Part shown: positions 1 to 13,020 of the stretch, one piece after another
Position numbering within the stretch: the stretch's first letter is position 1
How the letters are laid out: each line of letters begins with the position of its first letter
Origin: Paragordius varius
Taxonomy: Eukaryota > Animalia > Nematomorpha
Length of the DNA stretch: 64,000 nt
Reading direction: 5' to 3'
Assembly: GCA_964247055.1 (NCBI GenBank)
Contig: OZ176052.1
Location: 248,001-312,000 of the forward strand
The notes under the pieces: generated by a model
What the model saw: the letters and a program-made list of their open reading frames with translations, nothing else
Databases searched by the model: none
Told to the model about the DNA's origin: nothing
Translations under genes and position numbers: made by a program

Positions 1-125
1 ATTTATTATCTTAGCATTAAACAAATAAATATAGCATTTATATTGGCTCCTTTTTCTTGACATATTCTCCCATTTATGTATTATAATGTGGCAACACTTG
101 AACACATTCATATAAATTCAATTTC

Positions 126-157
126 TTCTTATCAGCTTAATATTTGATACGATCTCT
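126..157 (+). pseudogene. U2: Short U2 snRNA fragment (stem IIa region)
   Basis: TTCTTATCAGCTTAATATTTGATACGATCTCT resembles U2 TGTTCTTATCAGCTTAATATCTGATACGACCTCT; mirror copy at 31666-31692. Confidence 0.6.
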
Positions 158-204
158 ATTATGTGCTCCTAAATATAAGCTTCATCTCTTCAATCCAATA
201 TTTA

Positions 205-441
205 TACCATTTACAATTTGAATTCGCCCTTATTCACCTTCAAACATTCAAATCTGAAATGAATTATGTGTTTTTAAGAGTAAAAATTACCTATATTTTA
301 AAAAAATGAAATTTTGTTTAAAATTAAATTAATACTGGAAAAATAATAAACTATGCCATAAAGATATATTTTATATTAATAATGATTTTTGCCCGAAAAT
401 ATATAATTTATTTTTAGGGTGATTTTGAATTGTAAATAGTA
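205..441. mobile_element. MITE-A (TACCATTTACA termini, TA-flanked)
   Basis: Starts TACCATTTACAATT and ends AATTGTAAATAGTA; interior matches 27026-27422 and 54406-54716; the paralogous site at ~31627-31640 is empty. Confidence 0.8.
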
Positions 442-460
442 TATATATATAGTGATCAAA

Positions 461-555
461 GTGAGCGCCTTCCCGAAATCTCCAAAAATAAATTTATTAA
501 TTATTATGGATCTTTTTAATGGTCGTATATCAAATATCAATATGATAAGAACAGA
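461..555 (-). pseudogene. U2: Degenerate U2 snRNA 3' portion
   Basis: Minus strand reads TCTGTTCTTATCA...TTTATTTTTGGAGATTTCGGGAAGGCGCTC (Sm site and start of stem III), preceded by an A-rich retroelement tail. Confidence 0.75.
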
Positions 556-1890
556 TTTTATTTTCAATGTAATATACATTAAAACTAAAAAAGGTCCGTG
601 TGGTTAAATATAATATTTTTTTATATGTTGGTGAATGCTGGATTATGGGATGGACACATAAGAATTTATGATTATTTTATAATAAATTTTGTACGAAAAT
701 ATTTTACGAATAAAAAACAATCAAAAAGAATAGGAGTGAAAAACTCTAAACAGGGTTAAAAATATTCCTCCAAGGGAATTTATATTTGATCTTGTTAGTT
801 GGTCTAATTGCACCACATTCCTTTTGATTCGATGACTGTTGTTTTGTTTAAGGCTAGATCACCGTAACAGAGCTATGTTCAAGAACATTTGTGTTGTTGA
901 TTGGAGGTGATGAGCAATGATTGGCTGTGTTGATGTTTAAACTGTGGCTAATGAATTAACTTAATTAGCCATGGCGCTTGTAAAAACGGTTTTGATAACT
1001 TAGCTACCATTTTACTAGGACCAGAGCTGTTATAGGAGCCATATTGTTGAATAATCATCAGGCTTCCGAATCGAAAATTAAGTAACATGGTGTTAAATAT
1101 GTTAACTGTTGGTCGTTTTTAGAATACCGTTATCACTTCCGAAGGCCATAGGAAGTATCTTGACCTCGTTTGGGTTTTGAGACAATAAGGGCATCAGCTG
1201 GATGTATTTGTCCACCTTATTGATACAGGTTGAGACCAAAGCCCCCCGCGTTCATCAAGGCAGGTCACGTCAATTAGAAAATGAATGCCGTGATATTTAT
1301 TACTAAATATAATAAAGACGAAGGGTACCCGGATAAGAGTAGTCGTACAAAGCTTCAACGCAACATAAAAATGTTTAAAGTAATCATAAAGACGATGTAA
1401 TAGTGAGCTATTTATTCGTAAGAAATCTTAGCACTGATTAAAGATATGTAGTAAAGTGGGTGCCGCTATCATCACTATTGCGATGATGCGGGAACCTGGA
1501 CGAGTGTTTGTAGGGTTTTTAATTTGAGTTGATTCAATGAATCTTCAATTTTGAATCCTACCTCGGATGTTTTGAAAGAGGAACTGGTCTAGGGGGAAGC
1601 CGCCTCGATGCGAGCTTGGGAATGACGATAAGGCTATGTAAAAACGGATAATTATTTTAGACTAAATAGTTCGAACAAGGCGGCGGAAGAATGGGTCAAT
1701 GTTAAGGTTGTTACCCTTTTATAAAAAAGTGCTAATTGGAATAGTCCTATAGAGTAGACCGAGAAGCACGATGCCGTACGAAATTAGCTGAAATATTGGA
1801 GACATTAATGATTTCAAATTATTTGATGGAAATTTTGAAATATACGAGACAGAGCGAAGTCGAGTGGTCGCTGAAATTTGGTGGTTAATA
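556..1890 (-). mobile_element. Decayed Utopia-like RLE non-LTR retrotransposon, 3' part (B-like)
   Basis: Minus-strand remnant FLIDVTC.. of the RLE domain at ~1200-1290; similar to the copies at 9.6-12.9 kb; 3' end abuts U2 TCTG at 555. Confidence 0.7.
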
Positions 1891-1894
1891 TGGT

Positions 1895-2450
1895 AGAAAG
1901 TTCAAGTTGGCCCTTTGACTTTTTTGTTTTTAATTTTTATCAATCAAATCGTAAATAATTCATCTATTTTATTGTTTTTAAACCTATTTTCTATTATTTA
2001 ACATAAATTTTAAATCGATATCAATTTTTAAGAAACCGTATATTTTTAATAATTTTTTAAAATAATTTGGAATATGTAAAAGATTTAAACACGATATGAA
2101 AAAATATATAAGTTTTCTGGGATATTAATTAAAATTATTCCTTAAAAACATTTAAAACTCAATAATTTTGTTCAATTGAAAAAAATAGTTTGAAACAAAA
2201 TAGTGGTTTTTTAATTAAAATTTTTTAAATGAATAAATATATAAAAAAAGAAAATTAGGTCAATAAATAATAAAATAAAAAAATAAATGCAAAAATTATG
2301 CTTAAATCAAATTTATAATTTTTAAGGAACTTTAAGTGTTTAAGGACCAACTTGAAATGTTCAAGGACCAATATGAATTGTAAGGACCAACTTGAACACT
2401 TCAAGGACCAACTTGAAGTGTTCAAGGACACTCTTGAAGTGTAAATGGTA
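1895..2450. mobile_element. MITE-B (TACCATTT(A/G)CAC terminus, 21-bp subterminal repeats), one end truncated
   Basis: About five units of TTCAAGGACCAACTTGAAGTG ending GTGTAAATGGTA at 2450; uninterrupted counterpart of 26683-29640. Confidence 0.75.
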
Positions 2451-2599
2451 TATATTTATGTTAAATATTAATTGTGTTTAAAATGCACCAAAATTTTGTT
2501 GAACAAACGTTTTAAATAAAATTTAGAAATACAAAATAAATATTAAAACTTAATATACTATAATCTTTTATTTGTGAATGATAGAATACTTATACCGAC

Positions 2600-3250
2600 A
2601 TACAGCAGGACGTATCTAACATACTGGGCATGACGGATTGCAAATGATGAACAATAAGCGAGATATTCTTTATATTGGCCATGTGTACAAACAAGAAAAT
2701 TTTGAAGAATAATGTGAACCGTGTAAAAAGAACAAACCTAATATGAAGTAAATCCTATACGTGAGAATGAAACCCAACACCACGTTGTGGGAGATGATTG
2801 ACCTTGACATAGCCGGGCCCATAGAGGGGTATTTTTGGTTAGTCGCGATTGATAGTGCTCTCAGATAGGTTGATGTAGAACTAAAATCAATAACATCACA
2901 AAATATTGAATTGCTTAAAAAAAATATGGAAAGATTTAGGTCTTGAGATAAACGGTGACTGATAACGGGACGTATTTAACATCAATAAATTCAGAAGTAC
3001 GTTACATAATATTAATAAACATATTTTAGTGTGTCTAAAGCTAATGGATTAGTTTTAAGATTTACTGCAACCTAAATTTATAAAAACTGAAAACATGCAT
3101 GGACACGAAGCATTGGAAATAATTTATATGGATATCGAATCAAAACTACACAGTGCAATTAGGAATACACCATCAGAAGTCTTTCTCTAAAGACACCCCA
3201 ATGGCCCATTATCATGGCCAAATCCGAGTTCATAGATAACGAAATAAAAC
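2600..3250 (+). pseudogene. Ty3/Gypsy integrase remnant
   Basis: Frameshifted pieces: H.G..YWP...CEPCKK (HHCC finger), WEMIDLDIAGPIEGYFWLVAID, VTDNG, SKANGLV.RF, all typical of the gypsy integrase core. Confidence 0.75.
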
Positions 3251-5779
3251 AGACTCGTCAATTTGTTCCAAGGCTGAAGGTTCTTATAAAAAATGATAGA
3301 GAAAGGATGGAGATCAGAGAAGCCTTAGAACGCAGGGGCCAACTGACAGTGTCCTCAGAAAGCACGCAAGCATTCGAAACAAAAAAATGGAATGATTTTA
3401 TATCAAAAGAAAATATTTCTATCTCACAAGATCTTGAAGCCGCAAACAATACATAAAATCAATGGAGACACACCAACTTATGATAGCAGCTAAGTCGGAA
3501 ACCGAGTATAACACATATCCAAATATCCACAATGTCAACAAAAACCTCCCGATTGTTGTATATTATAATGCAAATAACATTCTACTTTAATTAGCCAATT
3601 ATCCAACAAATATATAAATACACCTGAGTGGCGAAACTACGGAGAGCTAGGAGGAGCAGTGCGGAGAGGCCCAGGCAAAACAGGGGCCCTTTTATATAAT
3701 TTATAGTAAATTTAATCCCCCTTTCTATTTTGAGTGGGGGCCTAAAATTTATTACCTTTTTTATTTACAGATATGTAAGTAATGATTTCCTGATTGTTAT
3801 ACTTGCAAAGAATAAAGAGAATTATTTATTAAAAGAAAGAAAAAGCGCAAAAATGCATTTTTTTACTATCTCAATAAGCGGTTTTATTACAAGTTGATAA
3901 TTAATAAACCCCTTAATTCTTTCCAGTTATCACCTTAAAAAGTGAAAATAGTTAAAAAATAAATAACTGAGATAATTGACAACAAAAAAGAAAAGCTTAT
4001 AAATTTATAGTCCTAAATTATTTTGTTATTTAAAATTATAAAATATAAAACATGTTATGAAGATTATTTTCTTAGTTTATCTTTGCAATTAGAAGTCTTA
4101 GTGCGGCGAATGGATTAAAAGTATAATGCAAATAACATTCTACTTTAATTAATTGACAATCATCCATTTAAATATATATAAATACACCCGTAGAGACACA
4201 AAACACTTAGTTATATTTTACCCAATTCAACAAAATAAATTTTTTTTATTTTTAATTTAAATATAGACGTTTATAACCGTGTTTTGAAGCTGTCCAAACG
4301 AATTTAGAAGACAAAAACTAAAAAAATACAAGATTTTTCCATACAGAAACATAATGTTTGATAAATCAATAAACTTGAACAACTTTCATATCAGTATTTT
4401 TTTAAGTTTAAGCTCTGGGTTATAAAAATTCCACGAAATGCGTTGAAACAATAAAAAGGTAATGAAATGTTTGCACTAGTTATAATGGTAAGAGCATAGA
4501 AAATAGGACATAGAATATAAATGCATATAGTAACACAAAAATCACATATATTTTTATATATAACACTTGGATATAACACAGTTATTTTAATCCTTCAATT
4601 TTGGGGTCGATAGTAACCCCACTGTCAAAATTTAATATTTTAAAAAAGGAATGCACTTACATACGAGAAATCAAAATTTATTAATATACTTGATAATTAT
4701 TTTATAAATAAACCGGAATGTTGCAAAACAAAACACTTTTACTGGTTACAATGTAGATAGATTTTAATTAAACTTTAATTTTAGCCATAGAACCAAATAA
4801 TGTAACAAAAATTGCGTTGAGAAGTTCGATATGAACTATTTTTTAAAAATTAATTTTTTTAAAATTGATTGCTGTTTCTCTCACTCGTTTTTTTTGTTTT
4901 TTTACAACTCTTCCTCCTTTTATTTCCGTTTTTTAATTCAAAATTTATTTAACAAACACAAAACCACCTTATTAACGCACATTTCTTTCACTATTTAAAT
5001 ACCCAACTTTTTAAATCTTGTATTTTACCTCGTGGTATCTATCGATGTTGTCAGCTGAAAACGACAAAACCGCATGGATTTTTTGAAATCAGGCGATTCG
5101 CTCAAGATCGTCTGCCTTATGAATATGATAAGTACACACCAAAGCCATATAATTTTTTTTATCTATACTTTAGGAATATGTTTATCATTTTGTAAAGAGT
5201 GCAATATAAAGATGATGAAGTTTTACTGTAACTCGGATATGAATCCATAATAAAAGTTAAGTCCATTTTTATAAATTTTATTTAGGTTATCCTATATCGG
5301 TAAAATTATTATTGTTTTTTATTGTTAACGTTTTAATTAATTAGAACTAATAATCAACAGCTCAATCAATAACAAACCTCTGATCCAAAAATAAACAATG
5401 TCCTTTCCAAAGCGCACCTTGTGTACGGTATCTTTTAATTCTCTTTTGATATAATAATCAAATTAAATAACACTATTTACAGTTAATAAAAAATTAAAAC
5501 ATGATAACATAATATATTTCTGCAAAAATTTGCATTTATAAAAATTTCAGTAAAAAATTTAAAAGGTTTTTCCCAATATAACGTCCACATAGGACGACCT
5601 TTACCGCCTTTTACTATTTTACACGCCTTAGTGTAGGAGTGATTAGCATATCATTTTTCACAGATTCTAATTACATATCCAATGAAACGTATAATACTAA
5701 ATTCATGATAAGCAAAAATGTGTAAATAATTATAAAATGCGCAAACAATGATTTATGATACCATCACGATGAGTTAATC

Positions 5780-8077
5780 CAGTGATACTCAAACCGCGGC
5801 CCGCGGGCCGCATGCGGCCCTAAGTGTGCTTTAAAAATGCACTATGACTGATATTAAATTTTTTTTAAATAATATTTATTTTTTACCCAATTTGAATGTA
5901 GAAAAATTTCCTACATTAAAATGATTTTAAAATTTATGATTTATGGGCACACGTTGTTTCTTCTTCTTTTCTTTATTCCTATTTTTTTTACATAATATTT
6001 AAACATAAATTCAAAGGATGACAAATGCCAAAAAACGTAAATTATCCGATGAAAATCGCTCCTTTAAAAAAGAATGGGAAACTAATTTTTTTGTCGTTTT
6101 AAATAACAATGTTGCTACCTGCCTTATATGCAAGGACAATATAATTATAAAAAAATACAATATTGAAAGACATTTTAAAATCCATTATTCTCATAAATTA
6201 CCAGAAAATCTTGAGGAAAGAAATGAAAAATATAAAAATTTTATGGAATTATACGAGAAAGAAAAATCTATTATGGCCATAGCTTTTTCCCAGGAAAAAG
6301 CTGTAACATTAGCTTCGTATGAAATTTGCTATATTTTAGGAAAAAATATGAAACCGTTTACTGATTCCCAACTAATTAAAGAATGTTTAATAAATGGTTG
6401 CACTTTTTTATTTGATAAATTCCATAATAAAGATCAAATCATGAGGCAAATTAAAAAACTTCAACTTTCTGATTCAACATGTGCTCGACGCATTGAAGAT
6501 ATGTCTAAATATATTTTTAACAATACATTATTGGCTCTGAAAAATTGCAAATACTTCAGTATTGCAATCGATTCTAGCACTGATATAAGTTCAACACCTC
6601 AATGTGCGCTCTTCGTGAGATTTTGCAACGACAAAATAATCAACGAGGAATATTTGAAATTTTTACCAATGAATAATACCACAAAAGGCAGTGATTTTCT
6701 TGAAGTAATTAGCACCTTTTTCGATAATAATGGTATATCTATGAAAAAATTGGTTTCGATCTGCATAGATGGCTGTCCCTCTATGATTGGAATAAACAAA
6801 GGGTTTATTTCTCTTTTAATAAAACAAATATAATTTGCAAAATCTATTATCCTTTCACTGCTTCATTCATCAGCAAAACTTGGTTTCGCGTGTAAAAGAT
6901 GAATCACTAAATTTAGTAATTAAAACGGTTGTGGATATAGTTAACTACATCCGTGGCAGAGAATTCAATCACATTAAATTTAAAAACCTTCTGAAAGATA
7001 TCCACAGTGAGTTTGATGATATTCTTTTGTACACCGCTGTGAGATGGCTAATCCTTAGCAAAGTATTGAATAGATTTTTTGATTTAAGACATGAAATTTT
7101 ATTATTTATAAAAGATAACAGAAAGTTTGAGGAGGAAATTAATAGTGACAAATGGTGGGTTTTATTAACCTACCTTTGCGACATTACTTATAAACTTAGT
7201 ACTTTTAATACAAGTCTTCAAGGGAGCAAAATAATAACCCAATTTGCTAATCATATATTTGCTTTTGAAGAAAAATTAATAATATATAAACAAGATTTTA
7301 TAGATAAAACACTCCTACATTTTCCAACACTTAAAACGATTCATAAAGAAAATATGGAATTTACCGCGGATATTAATTTAATAATAGACAATCATTTCAT
7401 TTTATCTAATGAGATGAAATTCAGATTTCAAGAATTAAAAAATATAAAAAATTGCTTAAAGCTAGTGGAAAATCCATGGCATATGGATATATCCAACATT
7501 AAGCAACTTGAGCTTTTTGGTTTTGATCAGGCGGTTATCATTGAAGAATTCGTTGATTTTAAAAATGATTCCAATTTGGAAGCTATATTTAAGGAAAACC
7601 GTAGAGAAGAAAGATATATAGAGTTCTGGCAAGTTGTGCCAAATAAATATGAAAATATAAAAAAATGTGCTCAAGTTATCTTAACTATTTTTCCATCAAC
7701 TTACACGTGTGAGACGGCATATTCAAAAATGAAGTATATTAAGAATACTTACAGAAATCGCTTAACTAATGATCATATGGACGACGTATTAAGAATGGCC
7801 TGCCATGAGGCGAAACCAAATTTGTCAAAAATTATTGGTTAATATTAAAATAAATGTTGTTATCAATATATTTTAATTTTTAAAACTAAATGGTGCAAAA
7901 CGAATTTTTAGCTGGATTTACATGCGACCCGCAAAAAATTTATTGTGCTGATTTAGAGTATAAATATGTGCGTATGTGTCAAATAGCTATGGAATATTTG
8001 CCATTATAAGGTTCATGGCCCTCGAAAAAAAAATATGTTTTATTTGGCCCGTCAAATTTTTTTGGTGAGTACCACTG
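5780..8077 (+). mobile_element. hAT DNA transposon, Buster/Charlie/SPIN-like
   Basis: TIRs CAGTGATACTCA / TGAGTACCACTG; perfect 8-bp TSD AGTTAATC (5772-5779 and 8078-8085) with central TA; subterminal GGCCC motifs; empty paralogous site at ~15130. Confidence 0.95.
6018..7842 (+). CDS. hAT transposase (~606 aa) with one frameshift at ~6831
   Basis: ORFs 6018-6833 and 6835-7842: BED-like CLIC...RH, FSIAIDSSTD, ICIDGCPSM, HCFIHQQ, VRWL and STYTCETAYS (DDE triad present). Confidence 0.9.
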
Positions 8078-8291
8078 AGTTAATCCATACATTGAATGCA
8101 TTTTCATTTTTTTATTTTATACCAATACCTTTAAATATGTTTGTCATTTAGACATAATATTTCACATACTCTCCATAATGTTATTTTTTGGAGTTGCCTA
8201 TTATTGAAATTATTTAAAAATTTTAAAACAAAAATAACATATTCGTTAAAACACTACATTTATTTTTAATTTCTATATTTTATTGTAACAA

Positions 8292-8405
8292 TTGACCTGA
8301 TGGGGATGGATAGGCAAGTTTAGAAAATCCTCCCCAAAATCTCCAAAAATAAGGTTATTAGGGACCTCTTTAGAAGTAGTATTAATATTAAGCTGAAAAA
8401 CACAA
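8292..8405 (-). pseudogene. U2: Degenerate U2 snRNA 3' portion
   Basis: Minus strand retains TCAGCTTAATAT, stem IIb, ATTTTTGGAG and the stem III sequence; stem IV is lost. Confidence 0.75.
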
Positions 8406-9262
8406 ATTTATTTAAAACACCATTACCTTTTGGGGTATTTTCTATACCAGAGCCATTTGTATATATATATATCTTAAAAGTATTTAAGGTATTAAGCTAA
8501 ATTTAAAAATATGCTTTCTTTAGTTTTTTAGGCGCATTCAAAAATTTTATACAATGTAAAATAGTGAAAAAATTCGTCTCAATTATGCCGCTAATTTTTT
8601 CAATAATTTTATTTAAATCGCCAATGGACAATAATTAAAAAATTTAACTTTAAAAAGCTTTCAGGCTACATTTTACCAGCAAATACTTGATGTATTTTAT
8701 ATCAGTTGTTCGTTTATATAGTGTTTTGGAGGCTTCACAATTCTAGACTCTAGAAGTCACAAAACTGTAAACTACAAAGAAATTGATAATTCAATTTTAA
8801 CTAAAATAACCAAAGCTGTAATTTATTTACAAAATTTAGCTCTGGGATATAAAACTGCCCCAAAATGTAAATAAGGACAAAAAAATTATATATTATTAAA
8901 TATATATATATATTTATGTGTGTATTATTACTTTATACTACAAGGATTATATCAAATGTTGACGAAATAATAAATGCTATACTAGTTATAGTACTGAGAA
9001 TAAATTGATTATTTTATAGATTATTTAAAATAAGGTGGTTATATATTTCCTACATAATTTTTTGAAATTATAATGATTCTCCATATTTTTGAGCTGTAGA
9101 AAATGGTACTGCTTACTATTTGCTTGCGAATTATTTGAGCATCTAGCGGTGAGCAGAGTTTATTAAGAATAATATTTTTCGGGTGCCATGCATTTAATGC
9201 TCCTACGATAGTGGAAGAATCCAGACTGTTTTAAATTGGGATTGTAATTGAGGAATAAAATA
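8406..9262 (-). mobile_element. 5'-truncated Utopia-like element (subfamily D): ORF C-terminus plus 3' UTR
   Basis: 9050-9262 is paralogous to ORF 16082-16366 (VLPLIVGALGAW...TIFYSSEIW), the RLE C-terminal motif; 3' end abuts U2. Confidence 0.7.
8423..8870. mobile_element. MITE-C with imperfect ~30-bp inverted ends (TTTTGGGG..TATATCCCAGAGC)
   Basis: Left end GGGGTATTTTCTATACCAGAGC is inverted relative to right end GCTCTGGGATATAAAACTGCCCC; related sequence at 15485-15960, ~41910, ~62650 and ~4410. Confidence 0.5.
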
Positions 9263-9439
9263 TTTTTTTTGTTTTTGGAGTTTTGGATCCTGGTATAAAT
9301 AGAAAAGTGGCCCGATATTTATAGAGTCTATAAAAACTGATTTGTTTATATGATCCTTATAAACTTTTCATTTTTCTATCATCATTTTTTAATAAACTTT
9401 GTTTTGTTATAAAAAGGTAAAATGGTTTTAATGATTGTG

Positions 9440-9584
9440 TTTGGGCTCCTGGAGATACTGCAATACGTTGACCCGATGGGGAGAGATAGGCAACTTAGAG
9501 CGCCTCATCAAAATTGCCAAAAATTAATTTGGTATCATGGACCTCTTTAGAGCTCCTATCAGATATTAAATTGATAGGAACAGA
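9440..9584 (-). pseudogene. U2: U2 snRNA 3' half
   Basis: Minus strand TCTGTTCCTATC..TAATATCTGATAG..., Sm site ATTTTTGG, loop IV GTATTGCAGTATCTCCAGG. Confidence 0.9.
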
Positions 9585-10705
9585 TTTTTACTTATTTTAT
9601 ATATAATATATGTAAATGTTGGCTATGAAATGAAGACTTACGAATTTATATTTAAAATTTATAATAAATTTTGTCATAAAAATATTTTACGTGTAAAAAA
9701 TTAACTACTAATAGAGGAAAAAATAGGAGAAAAAAAAACCCCGGATGTAGTTAAAAAAACATACCCATAGTAATCTCTGTTTGATTCTGTTGGTAGATTT
9801 TATCTCGCACAGTCGTTTTCATTCAATTGTTGTATTGTTGAAAGATTGACCAAAGTAATAGGGCTGAGTCCTGGTGTCATTTGTGATGTTGATTGTAAAT
9901 TATCAATATTGGTTGTGTTCTAAGTACATGTTTCGGCAGTGGCTGGAGAATTGACGGCCGGGTTAGAGGTCATATCTCTGTCGGTAAGTTCCTCCATTTT
10001 TAAACTCGTACCAGAGCCGTGATGAGTGTCGTATTGTTGAACTTATCATCAGGGTTCTGAGCCGAGAAATAGAGGAACTAGATGTAATATTCTTTAAACC
10101 TACGTCGTTTTTTGGGTACCATGATCCTAAACTTCCGACCATCAATGGGAGTATCTTGACTTCGTTTGAGTTATTAGACAATAAGGGAATTAAAGAGGTA
10201 TATTTTTTCACCTTATTTTTCCAGCCAAGGCCGCCAACCGATCATCAAAAGGACAGGTCACGTCGATGATGTATATAATGCCGCGGAATTTAATTACTAA
10301 GTCAGGTTTCAGGGGGAGGGAGGCTGGGTAGAAGTTCTTGGATATGATTTCAACACCACATGAAAAATGTGTTTTTAGTATAGTGACGATGGAATCATGC
10401 CGAGCTCTCCATGCACGCGAATATTTTAAACAATGATTAAAATATGGGGTAGAGTGTCAGGATGGCGCCCGCATCGTCGACACGGGGGGTTATGCGAAGA
10501 GCCTGGTCGCGTGTTTGTTGGAAGTAAGTTAAGGCGGGCCCGATGGATAAATCTCCAATCTCGAAAAGAAATGCCTGATCCGGCTGTAATAAATGAGGAG
10601 CTAGCTTTGTGTAGGGAGGCTGCTTCGATGGCACGGCCTTGCGAAGGACACGCGATAAGGTTTTTTAAAAACGAATTAGTAAAGTTAGCATAAATTGTAC
10701 GAAAC
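9585..10705 (-). mobile_element. Utopia-like remnant (subfamily B), 3' part
   Basis: ORF 10426-10707 (WRFIHRARLNLLP..CRRCG..TLPHI, CCHC knuckle), IIDVTC, and ORF 9963-10211 (KYTSL..LPLMVGSLGSW); 3' end abuts U2. Confidence 0.9.
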
Positions 10706-10707
10706 AA

Positions 10708-12872
10708 GTAGGGCGACGCTGCTAATTCCCCCTAGACCCAATTCGCTTTTAGATACGAGCTACAGAATATCTCTATCATTATTTAAAAGTCCTCCACCTA
10801 TCTTTCCAAAATTATTTTTTCACCGCATCAGAAAGGATTTATACTTTATAATTGGGTTCTCGAACATTTCTCATTCACAAATTGTCTTCGGCATCATCGA
10901 CACCCATGCTTCCTTCTGGGGCTCATGCTGTTTCTTATGATTCCGTCCGCCATTTTGATATACCTTCGCGGAGTTAGATCTGATAATTTGTTTTCAATTC
11001 TATTTAATCTTTTCTTTAATTCCTCCACTCGCATTCTAATCGAGCGAGCCCTTCTTCATTTTTCTTAAAAGAGGAACTCGCCAAGGATGTCCTCTTTTCC
11101 CCTTCTTTTTAATTCAGTCATCAATCTTCTGATATCCTCCCTGAACAACACTCATTACACCACTTGTCTCGCTTATGCAGATGACTTGTAATCATATCCA
11201 ATAATAATGATTAATGGTGCATTCGTGGCTCACTCTTTTCTAGGGCCAGTTTGCAATACCCCCGTTTAAATAAAAATTATTAAACATCTATCTTACATAG
11301 GGAGTTTATCCACTTCCCATATAGAGATAGATGGACACGTGGTTCCCACTCTGCAGGAAGGCCAGACTCATGATAAGCCAGATAGGATTGTGGTTCCTCC
11401 CGACAACTTGAAGGTAGATGCTGGATGCTTTAAAAACATTTGTACACTGATCCATAAATTTCGTATGGGTTCGGTGTCTGCATACTCTAAAGAAAATCAC
11501 ATCGCTTTCCCAATGAACCTCCACTATTACATCCCAGTCTTTAAAGAAGGTCTAGACGTCTCTAAAACATTCTTTCTTCCCGATATATAAAGACTAGACT
11601 CAGGCTCCTAACTAGCTCTGATCCGTTCATTCTGAACACGCCTATTCTACTCTTCTAGCCACCATTTCTTAAAGAACAATATTCAAAACCGCATTTGAAT
11701 CCAAAACCTTTGATTTTTTCTCAGGTTCAAACAATCTAAACCTTCAACATCTTCAGCCAATCTCGCTTGGAATCCAAATGCCTTGGCCTCCAATCCGAAT
11801 ACTTCAATTCCCAGCTCTTTATAAAAGAAAGTTTAATATTGACCTGTTCTCCTGTCGCGCACCTGTTCGTCCAATTTATTCTAAATATTGTTCGTTTTTA
11901 AACAGCCTTATCGCGTGCCCATCCCAAGGCCGTGCTATCGAGGTAGTTTTCTTCCACAAAGCCAGCTTCTCATTTATTACAGCCGGATCAGGCATTTCTT
12001 TTCGGGATTGGAGATTCATCCATCGGGCCCTTCCAAACTTACTTCCAACAAACGCGCGTCCAGGTTCTTCTCACAACTCTCGTGTCGGCATGATTTCATC
12101 GTCAATATAACTAAAACACATTTTTCTTGTGGCGTTGAAATCATATCCGAGAACTCCTACCCAGCCTCCCTCCCCCTTAAACCGGATCTACTGGTTAAAT
12201 ACTCTAAGGATAATCTATATCATCTACGTGAACTGTCCTTTAGATGATCGGTTGGCGGTCTTCTGGAACAATAAGGAGAAAAAATATACCCCTTTAATGT
12301 CCTTATTATTTGATAACTCAAACAAAGTCAAGATATTTACGCTAGTCGTCGGTTAGGATCATGGTATACGAAAAACGACAAATAGTTGAAGCATATCACA
12401 CTCAGTTCCTCTATTTTTTGGCTCGGAAGCCTGATGATGAGTTTTACAATACGACACTCATCACGGCTCTGATACGGGTTTAAAAATGGAGTAACTTCCC
12501 GAAAGAGATTCCGACCAATTCTTTGCGTCTGCCGAAACATCTACCTAGAACTCAACCAATGGTTATCATTATCAATCAATTATGACTCAGCAATGATACT
12601 TTGGTTAATTCCTCAACAAATCAACAGTCGTCGAATGGAAACGGAATTGTGCGAGAAACAAACCAACAGGATCAACCAAAGATTGCTTTGGGATAGTTTT
12701 TTTTCCAATCCCGTCCGGGGTTTCTTATTTTTTTTAACGTAAAATATTTTTATTTCAAAATTTATTAAAAATTTTATATTTAAATTCGCAAATCTTCATT
12801 TCATAGCCAGCATTGATCAATCTATTGAAAAATATGTTATAATTAATCACACATATATATAATAAATAAAAA
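10708..12872 (+). mobile_element. Utopia-like remnant (subfamily B), RT to 3' end
   Basis: GDAAN..SLLDTSY (RT start), CLAYADD at ~11165, PSQGRAIE..WRFIH, KPDLLVK; 3' end abuts U2 at 12873. Confidence 0.9.
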
Positions 12873-13020
12873 TCTGTTCTTATAAGTTTATTATCTGATA
12901 CGATCTCTAAAGAGGTCCATGATATACGATTTTTGGAGATTTTGGTGAAGCGCTCTGGGCTTGCTTATCCCTCCCCATCAAATTAACCTGGTATTGCAGT
13001 ATCTCCAGGAGTGGCCCAAA
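12873..13020 (+). pseudogene. U2: U2 snRNA 3' half
   Basis: TCTGTTCTTAT...ATCTGATACG...GATTTTTGGAG...CCTGGTATTGCAGTATCTCCAGGAGTGGCCCAAA. Confidence 0.92.

Larger units (their letters stand above)
1..2452 (-). repeat. Inverted segmental duplicate of ~26683-31805
   Basis: Reverse complement aligns block by block with 31805 down to 30114 and with 29640 down to 26683 (e.g. 1-60 vs 31741-31805; 1741-1890 vs 30114-30270). This copy lacks the nested insertions at 27026-27422 and 27448-29410. Confidence 0.9.

Noticed and set aside
2330-2450. 21-bp tandem repeats here, at 26690-26830 and at 27040-27410 as a CRISPR array
   Set aside because: Units are contiguous with no unique spacers, occur in mirror orientation inside TIR elements, and the context is eukaryotic.
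3214-3456. 80-aa ORF as an independent host gene
   Set aside because: It directly follows the Gypsy integrase remnant on the same strand and has no recognisable motif; most likely the decayed pol tail.
3564-4190. ~65-bp direct repeats (3564-3625 and 4123-4190) as LTRs
   Set aside because: Too short, no TG...CA ends, PBS or TSD could be identified.
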